Origin: a virus
Taxonomy: Duplodnaviria; Heunggongvirae; Uroviricota; Caudoviricetes
IMG/VR virus record: IMGVR_UViG_3300009165_000005
Length of the DNA: 64,000 nucleotides
Reading direction: 5' to 3' (one strand)
In this document: one piece after another, positions 36,281 to 45,088 of the stretch
How positions within the stretch are numbered: the first letter of the stretch is position 1
Layout of the letters: each line of letters opens with the position of its first letter
Translations under genes and position numbers: made by a program
The notes under the pieces: model-generated
What the model saw: the letters and a program-made list of their open reading frames with translations, nothing else
The model's database searches: none
Told to the model about the DNA's origin: nothing

Positions 36281-37329
36281 TAGATGGTCTCCTGCTTCTT
36301 CTTGAGCCCTGGTGTCTGAGCCCAAGCGGAGATGATGTCTTGAAGAAGCTTGTTCTGCTGTATGTCGCCACTCAAGAACTTCTCCCAAGAACCTCCCTTG
36401 TTCCTAAATACCAAACGAATCGACTTGAATTCTGGATCCTCAATCAAGTACTCAGTCCCCAAGAGATGATCTACAAGTTGCCGGATGATTCTGTGGGCAA
36501 AGACCAACGGAGGACTTGTTTCGGGATCCAAACCTGCGGTCTTCTCGTTAAGCTTCTCGATTACAGTACCATCCTTTAGGTAAGCTTCCTCGAGAGCTGG
36601 TACCAAGTATTGACTCCTCAAAGTTGAGGCCTCGTGCCCAACAGCTTCAGCCGCCCCCTCGAGAGCCTTCTTGAACTCCTTCTTAAGAATCTCGTCCTTT
36701 CTCTTCCGATCAGAGGGGAGTTCAGGTCCCTTAGACCTGATGGACCGCAGACGTTCCTGCATCTCCCGATTGGCATGAAGTCCTCGAAGGTCCTTCGCCG
36801 TGATATTGAAAGAACTCAAGTATTCGTTGACCTCCTTTGAGCCAACACCCTCAAACAGACCTCCAGTTTCTTTCTCAACGGAGTCATAGGCTGACTTCAA
36901 GGCTGGGAGGATCTTTGGGTCGTCAACCACCTTCTCATGCTTCACTCCTGACTTCCCAACATAATGAATGGTGACTCGACCCTTACCCATCAATAGGTGT
37001 TGCTTTTGCCACCCGGTAACCCCAAAGTGCCCACGCTCTTCGGCAGACTCATCATTGCCGACACGCTCATAAGTGTGGTCGATCAAAGCAACGACAAGCG
37101 CCGTCAACTTGGTCTTCGTATTCTTTGACTTCAGATCCTTCTCTACCTTACTACGGAGCTTCCCTAGAGAGGACTTGAACTCTTCGATCCGATCTGCCTT
37201 CTCATTGTTTCTGATGGCAACCTGACGGGGACTGTACACATAAATGGTGTTCCCACTCTCCAGCTTCTTCTTTTTCTGGTATCTAGCGGCAACACGAAGT
37301 GAGATCTCATCTAGGATTGGGAATCTCAA
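36280..37329 (-). CDS. Type IB DNA topoisomerase
   Basis: Catalytic pentad pattern: ERVGN (R), YVGKSG (K), AKDLRG (K/R), VGHEA (H), RSQYL (Tyr nucleophile). Confidence 0.8.
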   Translation of the reverse strand: MRFPILDEISLRVAARYQKKKKLESGNTIYVYSPRQVAIRNNEKADRIEEFKSSLGKLRSKVEKDLKSKNTKTKLTALVVALIDHTYERVGNDESAEERGHFGVTGWQKQHLLMGKGRVTIHYVGKSGVKHEKVVDDPKILPALKSAYDSVEKETGGLFEGVGSKEVNEYLSSFNITAKDLRGLHANREMQERLRSIRSKGPELPSDRKRKDEILKKEFKKALEGAAEAVGHEASTLRSQYLVPALEEAYLKDGTVIEKLNEKTAGLDPETSPPLVFAHRIIRQLVDHLLGTEYLIEDPEFKSIRLVFRNKGGSWEKFLSGDIQQNKLLQDIISAWAQTPGLKKKQETI

Positions 37330-39323
37330 GGTAGCCTCCTGGAAAGCATCCGAGGAATCATACGGTCAAGGATGGCTCCATGCTTTCGCATCCGTGTCAT
37401 CCTGTAGTTGCGCGGGGTGGTCTCTCTCTGAATTGATCGAGTCTCACTCTGCAAACTACCTTTGGACACTAGTTTGATATTGGTGATCCTAGCTAAAGAT
37501 AACCATACTGCCCGAACGAAGGCATCTACCACATCATCATGAAGGCCAGAAACCTTTGGGGCCTCTACGATGATCTGATTCTTGGATCGTTGAGTAGCTT
37601 CTAGCCCTAACACCTCACTGATGAACGGGGAGTGCTTCCCGCTCTCCATTTCTGTTGGTAGCGGGTAGTCATAGAGCTCCAACTTGCGGTCAAACATTAG
37701 CATCTTGACCGCCTGGAACATACGACTCTTCTCATCCTGAGTGAAGAACTCGCTACGGAACTGCTTCAACCCCTTCTTATGAAGAGATTGCTCAAGTGGT
37801 AACCCATTCCAACGGTCAAACAAACCCTCTGTGATATAGAACTTCTTGCAAATGGCATAGATCCAGTCAGCAATAGCATCGAAGTCCAATCTCTCGACGG
37901 TCTCTAGGATCTTGGCGTAATCACTCAGAGGGATTTGGAGTTGAGGGTTGGATTCCTTCCACGGAATCCCGGCATACCAAACCTCATGGTAGTCCTGTAT
38001 GATTCGGTCACCCTCTGCATGAGTGATGAAGATTGCAGTACCATCTCCGATTAGCCCAACGTCAATACCCATCTGGTGAGGGTTACGAGGGCGACCTGCA
38101 AGGATGGGTTTTCGCTCTGGCTTGATACAAGCCAAGAGATCTCCCTCTCGCTCCACCCAACCACGAACTCGATCTGAGAATTGGGCCCCAAACTCCGTCA
38201 TGAAGATAGTGGGATCCTCATGGTACTTCTCTCGAAGGAATGTCGAATCACAATCCTTGTAAACTTCCCAAGTGGGGGCTTGGATAGCCAACATATTCTC
38301 CGAGCCAGCAGCTCGAGACATGGCGAAATGAAACAACTCGTAGAACTTACCTGCCCGATTTAGGGGGGAAGAGATCGAGATGATGCGACTCTCGACCGGA
38401 CCTATTGTATCGTTAGTCTCTGGATCCTTCGGAGAAAATGCTAAAGCCGACGGAGCGATTGCCTCGTAAATGTCCTTGGCTGAGCTAACACCCTTGTCTT
38501 GAAAATGAGCCAACTCATCGAGGATGATGACGATGTTACCCGATCCACGAAGACCTTTTGACACACTAGCCTTGAAGGTGATCTTCAAACTAGCCTTGCC
38601 GTTAAAGCTTGTGAACTTACCATTCTCGTGTCTGACAGTTGGACCAAACTTCTCAATGTCGTACGGGGTTCTGAATTGAACATAACTAAGCGTATTGTTG
38701 GCAATATATGGCTGAAAGAACTCACACTTCGCCATGTGTGCGGTCACATCACTAAAGAGTAGGCCTGCTTGGTCCTTATCCGTGGCTACCGAGATGATCT
38801 GAATTCGATTCCCATTTGGGAGTCCGTAATAGGCTTGAGGATTGCCAAGGGAAATCAGCCGGTACAACTCGTAACTAGCGAAAATCGCTGACAATGTGGT
38901 CTTTCCGGATCGTCGGCCGAGTGCCAAAACCAACTGTCGACGAACATGATCCTGCTCACCAATATTGCAGCGACCTTCACTGAATAGGTAGCGTAGGTAC
39001 TCAGTTTCAGTGAATCGATACAGGACCCTTGTCTTGAACATGTCATGAATGACGATGTTCTGCTCAGTGTCATTCAAAGGGATGCCATAATACAGCTTAA
39101 CGATGAAGCGTTGTATCGGATACAACCTCATCCCCAAGCCCCAAGATGACTCCGCATATTGTAGGACATTGAAGATCTTAATACGACGCCCGTCGTAGGT
39201 GATCTCACTCAAGTCCTTAGAATCCGAAACTTGCTGTGTGTTCTCCAGGATACTCTTCGCCTGTTGTCCGGCACTCCGGATCAGCTGAGAGATACCCATG
39301 GACTTGGTATCTTTGGTTGCCAC
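37326..39323 (-). CDS. terL: Terminase large subunit
   Basis: Walker A LGRRSGKT, Walker B IILDELAH, IISISSP, nuclease GIDVG and HDDVVDA. Confidence 0.92.
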   Translation of the reverse strand: MATKDTKSMGISQLIRSAGQQAKSILENTQQVSDSKDLSEITYDGRRIKIFNVLQYAESSWGLGMRLYPIQRFIVKLYYGIPLNDTEQNIVIHDMFKTRVLYRFTETEYLRYLFSEGRCNIGEQDHVRRQLVLALGRRSGKTTLSAIFASYELYRLISLGNPQAYYGLPNGNRIQIISVATDKDQAGLLFSDVTAHMAKCEFFQPYIANNTLSYVQFRTPYDIEKFGPTVRHENGKFTSFNGKASLKITFKASVSKGLRGSGNIVIILDELAHFQDKGVSSAKDIYEAIAPSALAFSPKDPETNDTIGPVESRIISISSPLNRAGKFYELFHFAMSRAAGSENMLAIQAPTWEVYKDCDSTFLREKYHEDPTIFMTEFGAQFSDRVRGWVEREGDLLACIKPERKPILAGRPRNPHQMGIDVGLIGDGTAIFITHAEGDRIIQDYHEVWYAGIPWKESNPQLQIPLSDYAKILETVERLDFDAIADWIYAICKKFYITEGLFDRWNGLPLEQSLHKKGLKQFRSEFFTQDEKSRMFQAVKMLMFDRKLELYDYPLPTEMESGKHSPFISEVLGLEATQRSKNQIIVEAPKVSGLHDDVVDAFVRAVWLSLARITNIKLVSKGSLQSETRSIQRETTPRNYRMTRMRKHGAILDRMIPRMLSRRLP

Positions 39324-39325
39324 GG

Positions 39326-39940
39326 CTACCTCAAGTTGTTCTGGGCTTTCTCTTCCCAGTCCTGCATCTCAGTGGCAAACCGATTGAAGAACATGTCCAG
39401 GAGCTCAGGAGGTAGCACTTCTAAGGCTACTTCCCGCATAACTTCGACCCACATAGTGAAGATCTTCTGCATCTTTTCACTATGTAGATTGATGGAATCC
39501 TGATCTACTTGACGGAGCTTCAACTCAATCTTGGCAATCTCTTCTAAGACCTTGACCCGCTTGATGGAGATCGCAGAAGTATCCTTACCATACTTCTCGG
39601 ATTCAATTCGTTGGAACTGTAGAGCGGCTGCCTCACGAGCAACATCAAGCTTGACCCTCTGAAGCAGAGCAAGAGTGTCATTAGGGTTGCTTTCGATGAG
39701 ACCAACTAGAGGGTCCGTGTCGACGAACTTCTGTCTCTCCATCGACATCTTAGCGTGATATTCGAGATCGAGACGTTGTGGGCGATTTTGAATCTTTCGA
39801 GGGCGCCCACGTCCTCTCTTGACAATTCCAGTCTCACCCTTAAAAGGGCCAATATCATGTAAAGGAAGAGTCGAAGTAGTAGCTTCAATCACCTCCTCGT
39901 GCGAAAGTTCTTTCTCTGTATCTAGTTTTTCATCTGGCAT
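39326..39940 (-). CDS. Putative terminase small subunit with an AT-hook
   Basis: Immediately upstream of TerL; KRGRGRPRK AT-hook; helical oligomerisation-like C-half. ATG at 39940 (SD GAGG). Confidence 0.5.
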   Translation of the reverse strand: MPDEKLDTEKELSHEEVIEATTSTLPLHDIGPFKGETGIVKRGRGRPRKIQNRPQRLDLEYHAKMSMERQKFVDTDPLVGLIESNPNDTLALLQRVKLDVAREAAALQFQRIESEKYGKDTSAISIKRVKVLEEIAKIELKLRQVDQDSINLHSEKMQKIFTMWVEVMREVALEVLPPELLDMFFNRFATEMQDWEEKAQNNLR

Positions 39941-39952
39941 AGGGCACCTCAC

Positions 39953-40360
39953 TCACTGAACCGGGTCAGCACCCCCGCCACCCTTGGTCTCAATGAGATA
40001 CTGAGACAAGTTACGAACTACATCGTACCCCTTGTCTTTTTTAATCTGAGTCTTGAGGACTTTAGACAGATCCTTTCCAGTTTCAGCTAGGTTGAGAACC
40101 CCCATTTGATTGGGGGTTCCAGCGAAAGCATCTTCTGGTCGAATGTCCTTGCGATTAGGAGGAACTATTTCGTCAATCCCTTGGTTCATACGCTGACCAT
40201 GGTCGTTAACAATCCTTCGCAAGATCCCCCGAGGCTTGTTCACAGGGAGCACAAGATCTTGAACCCTCTTGCGCATCCCAGGGAGTTGGTCTGCTCGAAC
40301 GAATCGAGCAGCCACTCGAAGGACTAGGGTGTCAACCGTAGTAGGATCATCGTGGATCAT
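39953..40360 (-). CDS. Hypothetical protein (135 aa)
   Basis: ATGA overlap with the upstream gene; N-terminal LRVAARF motif shared with TopIB. Confidence 0.65.
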   Translation of the reverse strand: MIHDDPTTVDTLVLRVAARFVRADQLPGMRKRVQDLVLPVNKPRGILRRIVNDHGQRMNQGIDEIVPPNRKDIRPEDAFAGTPNQMGVLNLAETGKDLSKVLKTQIKKDKGYDVVRNLSQYLIETKGGGGADPVQ

Positions 40361-42381
40361 AGGTTGATTGTCGCCCCACCCATCTCAACAGAAATCGTTG
40401 GAGACTTCTCTGGAGTTGGGTTCAACTCAATGTCCATCCCAGACTTGAGCTGCACAAGGTCAGCCACCGCAGATGGGTTATGGCTCATCAAACTGGCAAC
40501 TGAGACTTCATCAGCAGGCCCCGAAGCGAGGATCTCTCTTTGCTGAGCCTGCTTATTCGTATAAGGTGGATCGACTACGAGGTGTTTGGCATACTTGGAG
40601 CAGAACCCTGGATGCCTTTGCAGAACACAGGTTTGGCACTTTGATCCAAGTTTCACGTAGGGTACTTGACGAGCCCTATGCAGACGAGCACCCTCGTCAC
40701 AAGTACTACCGTAGTCGGTATACACCGTAGGATCTACGTAATAGATGCCCTGAAGCCCTTGCTCGCTCATAGCTACCTTGAGCTCAGCTTGTGATGCCAA
40801 GAGGTCCCTTGCATCAAACCGACCCTTCAAGGCTGTGAGAAGACGCTCCCCATACAAGCCCTCGTTCAAGAATCGAGAGGCTGTCTTGACGACATCTCTC
40901 TTAGTCAAACCAGAGGTGCTGTACCCAATAGATCCACCACAGAAGGCCTGCTCAACATAAGCCCGCATCGGGATCTGGGGTTGAGGAGTAGCTGCTGAAG
41001 CTGTTCGATAGATCTCCTTGAGCGCTTGTACCGGGGTCTCACCCCACTTGTAACTCTCCGCACCAGCTCCGAGATTACCTGCTTGCTTGTGCTCCCATAC
41101 TGCCTGACGAACGGTCTCTTCTGTGTATAAGTCTTCAGCTCGAGCTACGAGCTTCTTCCCATAGACCAGGCAGCGACTCAACTTGCTATAAATGCAGGTT
41201 GCACACTTAGCACTTGCCACAATACCCTTAATCAGGTGGTTGTGCTTCGCAATGAAGTCAGCCCCCTCGTGACAATTGTCGAAAGCCTCTTGTGTCGAGT
41301 AGACCGTTCCGTATAGACCTGCTTCCTTGTAGATCGGTTCCCAAGAGCTACGAGTAGTTCGCAAGTCGTCCAGGGTGAAGGAGAGCTTCAAGGCTTGTAA
41401 CAAATCAGACTCACTCCGACCCTTGAGCATCTCCCTCTGTAGAAAGGTACAGACATCGAAAGCCTTTCTACTTGATGCATTCTTGAAAGCCGCCACCCTA
41501 CCCTCAATAGGTGGCGCCCAAGCTAGTTGCTCAGCAATATTGTGCTGATTCTGAGAAGCCAATACCGGAAGGTGAACCTTGGGTGGATCCCCTGCCGCCT
41601 TAAGTTGATGAATCGGGTTCACCACTGGCTTCGGAGTCTCGACAGGCCCTGCTACCCGAACATCCTCTGCTAGGTATGCCGCCCTGATCCTCTCACGGGG
41701 ATCTTGACTCGAAGCTTGCACCTGCTTCCCACAGGCACACTGACTGTGTTCTACCGCATTAGCTAGCTCAGAGGAGTAAGGTACCTCGAGGACCAGCTCC
41801 TTGTGAAAAACTGAGCAAGTTGACTTGGCATTGTGAACACAGTCAAGGCACTGGTCCTTAGCCAACAAGAAACGAGCACTGCCGCCGTTGCGCTTTACGA
41901 AGTCGGACTCACTCTTGCTGGCCTTCTTGGAGCAACTAGGAAAGTCCTGAGCATCGATGTAGTATCGACCCAAGAGCCCACGTTCCTGTAGAATGCTGGC
42001 AAGCATTGGGCGAGCCGCTTGAAGCGTCCAAGAATCGAACCTGGTCTTCAGGGCATTACTGAAACAGGCTGGATCAGTAGACTGCATGAGAGCCAGACGA
42101 GCCACCTTAGAAACTCGTTGAAGGATCTCATCCGAAGCCAACTTACCATGAATCTCACTCAAGTCCCCCATAGTTCGAGGAACGTCTTTATTCGGAATCA
42201 GGTGAGTTGCGGGAGCCTCGTCCCTATGGTTCCAAGCAGCTTCCAGATCCGGAGCAAAGTCCAGGTTCTGCTTTGGTAGGTCAGCCAAATCCCTATAGGC
42301 CTTGTCATCAACGTCAAGCCACTCAAGATTGTTGACGGTGCCTTCCTTGAGGATAGCAGAGATGTCACCAAGATCAGCCAT
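40357..42381 (-). CDS. Protein with three Cys-rich repeat domains (674 aa)
   Basis: Three copies of E.GL.G..Y...C......CxxC......C..[FY].K.LV; SD AAGGA. Confidence 0.7.
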   Translation of the reverse strand: MADLGDISAILKEGTVNNLEWLDVDDKAYRDLADLPKQNLDFAPDLEAAWNHRDEAPATHLIPNKDVPRTMGDLSEIHGKLASDEILQRVSKVARLALMQSTDPACFSNALKTRFDSWTLQAARPMLASILQERGLLGRYYIDAQDFPSCSKKASKSESDFVKRNGGSARFLLAKDQCLDCVHNAKSTCSVFHKELVLEVPYSSELANAVEHSQCACGKQVQASSQDPRERIRAAYLAEDVRVAGPVETPKPVVNPIHQLKAAGDPPKVHLPVLASQNQHNIAEQLAWAPPIEGRVAAFKNASSRKAFDVCTFLQREMLKGRSESDLLQALKLSFTLDDLRTTRSSWEPIYKEAGLYGTVYSTQEAFDNCHEGADFIAKHNHLIKGIVASAKCATCIYSKLSRCLVYGKKLVARAEDLYTEETVRQAVWEHKQAGNLGAGAESYKWGETPVQALKEIYRTASAATPQPQIPMRAYVEQAFCGGSIGYSTSGLTKRDVVKTASRFLNEGLYGERLLTALKGRFDARDLLASQAELKVAMSEQGLQGIYYVDPTVYTDYGSTCDEGARLHRARQVPYVKLGSKCQTCVLQRHPGFCSKYAKHLVVDPPYTNKQAQQREILASGPADEVSVASLMSHNPSAVADLVQLKSGMDIELNPTPEKSPTISVEMGGATINL

Positions 42382-42392
42382 ATCAATTTCCT

Positions 42393-43889
42393 TCAGTGGT
42401 AGTCTTCGCGATACAAATCTTGTTGATCGTTACGGTAATCGTGAGCATCCCACTTGTACTTGACGTAGGGGACGTCCTGCTTTTCAGAGGTCTCACCAAC
42501 ATTGGGAGTGATGTCCCTATAATGATCGTAGGTGACAGAGCTATCTCCGGGTAACTCTGAATCCGCAAACATGTGCTCGAAGTTGTGGGAAGGTCTTGGA
42601 GTCAACGGAGCTTCAGGGGACGGAAAATCCATCTCAGGGAGACCAGAGGTTCCATGATGATGGACATTGAATTGATTCCCCTTGTCTCCATCAAAGTAGT
42701 CACTCCTAGCAACAGGGTCTGGACCATCGAAAGGAAGACCAGATTCAGCTATCGAGGCCCAAACATTGTAGGGCGATAAGTGGTCGTCGTAAGGGATCGA
42801 TCCAGAGTCTGGATCTCGTACGGGACCCTTCGGATCGTTTGGAAGACCACTTTGAGGACCAAAAACTCCTCGACCATCTGGGTTCTTGGTGCCGTACCCT
42901 TCTGACCCCTCACCTTTTGCACCATACCCTAAACCAAAGTCACGAGCCTCACCGTGAGTGTCATCATCCGAGGGTAAATTCGATGAACCCCATACAAAGG
43001 GTTCACTCGCAGATCGGCTGGTATCATTCTCCCAAGGAGTGGTATACAGGTATTCATTACCCACCCCCTCAGAACGACCCCAGTCGTCATCCACGGTTGG
43101 TTCATCCTTGTTGTAGGAGCCCCCAGGACCTTGTTGTTCCCCTCGATCAAGATGGTCCACTCGAGGTCCCGGAAGGGTATTGACTGGGAGCGATGAGTTG
43201 GCAACTCTTTGAATGAAGGGAGCCTTCCAGTCTCTTGACTGCTTGACTCGGAAGACGTCTCCAGCCGGAGTTGGTTCGCTTGTCTCCGAAGCCCCACCTC
43301 CAGGAATCCTAGAAGCCCCGGACTCACTGTTCTCTTTTTCGTGAATTCGATCCACAACCCCCTTGGTCTTTGATCCTGGTTTTTCAGCCTCGTCGACTTC
43401 CTTGTCCCCAAACTGTTCAGGATCCTCTAAGACCTCGTCAGCCTCTTCGATGAGTTCCTCAACTCCATTAAACCCATCCAAAGCCTTAATTTCAGGCTGC
43501 CAATGAGGAGCATGTAGTTCATCGTGTAAGGTATCAGTGATATTGGACAGGATCTCGCAAGCCTGTTGTAATTGAGACCTAACCTCCTTCACCTTCATCA
43601 CGTAGCCCTTGCCGCCCAACATGCCATCTGGGGAGATACTCGATGACTTGATTCGAGCAAACTCCTTGTAGGCCGTGATGCTGTGGCCAAGGGCAACTGA
43701 AGCAGCGAACAAGGTCCTTGCCAGGGGCCTCAACGCCCGCGGATTGTATTGGTGCCCTTGAGGTATGGCTCGTTTAGCTCCATCTCCAACTGGACTCTCA
43801 AACTTCTGAGTCGGAGGGGCCAAGGGGAGATTCTCCTCCCGAGCAACAATCACCCTGACCTTTTCACGATTGTCCAAGGTACACTCCAA
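42393..43889 (-). CDS. Hypothetical protein with a long acidic, probably disordered C-terminus (498 aa)
   Basis: Helical N-domain, then a D/G/P-rich tail with six S-x-L-P motifs; start uncertain. Confidence 0.7.
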   Translation of the reverse strand: MECTLDNREKVRVIVAREENLPLAPPTQKFESPVGDGAKRAIPQGHQYNPRALRPLARTLFAASVALGHSITAYKEFARIKSSSISPDGMLGGKGYVMKVKEVRSQLQQACEILSNITDTLHDELHAPHWQPEIKALDGFNGVEELIEEADEVLEDPEQFGDKEVDEAEKPGSKTKGVVDRIHEKENSESGASRIPGGGASETSEPTPAGDVFRVKQSRDWKAPFIQRVANSSLPVNTLPGPRVDHLDRGEQQGPGGSYNKDEPTVDDDWGRSEGVGNEYLYTTPWENDTSRSASEPFVWGSSNLPSDDDTHGEARDFGLGYGAKGEGSEGYGTKNPDGRGVFGPQSGLPNDPKGPVRDPDSGSIPYDDHLSPYNVWASIAESGLPFDGPDPVARSDYFDGDKGNQFNVHHHGTSGLPEMDFPSPEAPLTPRPSHNFEHMFADSELPGDSSVTYDHYRDITPNVGETSEKQDVPYVKYKWDAHDYRNDQQDLYREDYH

Positions 43890-44156
43890 TTAGGCCTTGA
43901 GAGGCGCCCCATTATCGTCAAAAGTCCTTTCAACAAACAAAGCCCCATCCCCTTGTCTGCGAATCGCCCACAAGTCCTTTGTTGACTTGTGGATCAACTC
44001 ATCAGCAGAAAGACGTATGAACGAGCTGAGGTCTTGAATAGAGGCCACCTTCATTCGAAGAGGGGTCACCATATTGGCGTTTCGAGCCAAGAAGCTATCT
44101 AACCCAGTTGAGGGTTGAACTTCGAAACTGCTGATATCGAAATCTTGCTCAGACAT
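43890..44156 (-). CDS. Hypothetical protein (88 aa)
   Basis: Tightly packed between neighbours on the same strand. Confidence 0.65.
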   Translation of the reverse strand: MSEQDFDISSFEVQPSTGLDSFLARNANMVTPLRMKVASIQDLSSFIRLSADELIHKSTKDLWAIRRQGDGALFVERTFDDNGAPLKA

Positions 44157-44163
44157 CCTAGCC

Positions 44164-45069
44164 TCACGTAATTACAAGACGAATCTCAACGTCTACGTAG
44201 TTGTTGGAGCTATAACCAATAACGCGCAGCTTTTCTGAGTAAGTGCCTTGCAGACTACCGTCTTGGGGTTGAACTGAAACAGTGATCGTCTCACTCTCCC
44301 CGGACTGCAAAGTACCCTCAGCCGGTAACCAACTTCGAAGCCATCCACCACAAAGGCCTGTGAGAGCTCGTATGTCGTACTCAAGAACCGAGCCTACCGG
44401 ACCTGAATTCTCAACAATGAAGTTTTGAGTTGGTATCTGTGGGAACGGGCCACTAAGAGGGCGGACTACTTCGAACACCAAAAGAATTGGACTCGAGGAG
44501 ATCACTGCTTTAGGTCGAACATTGATTACCACCGGAACTGTCTGGGGGTTGTTCGTAGCCGTTGGATCCTGAATAACTACTGTCTCAGCATAGGGGCTAT
44601 CAGAAGCCAAGAGACCAGTTGAGTCCACCTCAACCATAAAGTCCCCACTCTCGTTGACCGCCAACCCACCTACGCTAGAGGGGTTGACCTTAACGAAAGA
44701 TGCTGACGAAGTGAAGCTAGCACTCAAAATAGAGCCATAGACCCCACTGTTCGTGAGCAGTACTGTTTGAGAGGGAGAGTACCCGCGACCCTCGTCGACC
44801 TCAAAGGTGAGGATTGAGGGGGGACCAACCAGTATGCTAGGAGCGAAGTTTGACTTCAACTCGGCTATACTGTCCGCCATAGCCTGAACGACGCCACCCG
44901 GGATAGGGATGGAGTCCCGCAGCAAACCATAGGGGGACTTGATGTCCCTTACTTGGTACGACGGAACGGATTGGGAGACGTCAACTCGAGTGGTCCATAG
45001 CCAGTTACCGGCTGGAACTGAATACTCGAACTGATAATCGTGAAATCGGAGGTTCTGTACGAGTGGCAC
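44164..45069 (-). CDS. Tandem BACON/Ig-like domain virion protein (301 aa)
   Basis: Two copies of P..L.F.V...SQT..[LV].N.G..GS.L..W/F..V.P..G.L..V.V..G.Y.E.[VL].[IV]. Confidence 0.7.
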   Translation of the reverse strand: MPLVQNLRFHDYQFEYSVPAGNWLWTTRVDVSQSVPSYQVRDIKSPYGLLRDSIPIPGGVVQAMADSIAELKSNFAPSILVGPPSILTFEVDEGRGYSPSQTVLLTNSGVYGSILSASFTSSASFVKVNPSSVGGLAVNESGDFMVEVDSTGLLASDSPYAETVVIQDPTATNNPQTVPVVINVRPKAVISSSPILLVFEVVRPLSGPFPQIPTQNFIVENSGPVGSVLEYDIRALTGLCGGWLRSWLPAEGTLQSGESETITVSVQPQDGSLQGTYSEKLRVIGYSSNNYVDVEIRLVIT

Positions 45070-45088
45070 GGCAGTCCTCTAACCTGCC
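45070..45088 (-). promoter_or_regulatory. Hairpin with SD in the loop abutting the GTG start
   Basis: GGCAG-GTTAGAGGA-CTGCC|GTG; candidate promoter motif GTTTCCACTTGTAC just upstream (45092-45105). Confidence 0.45.
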
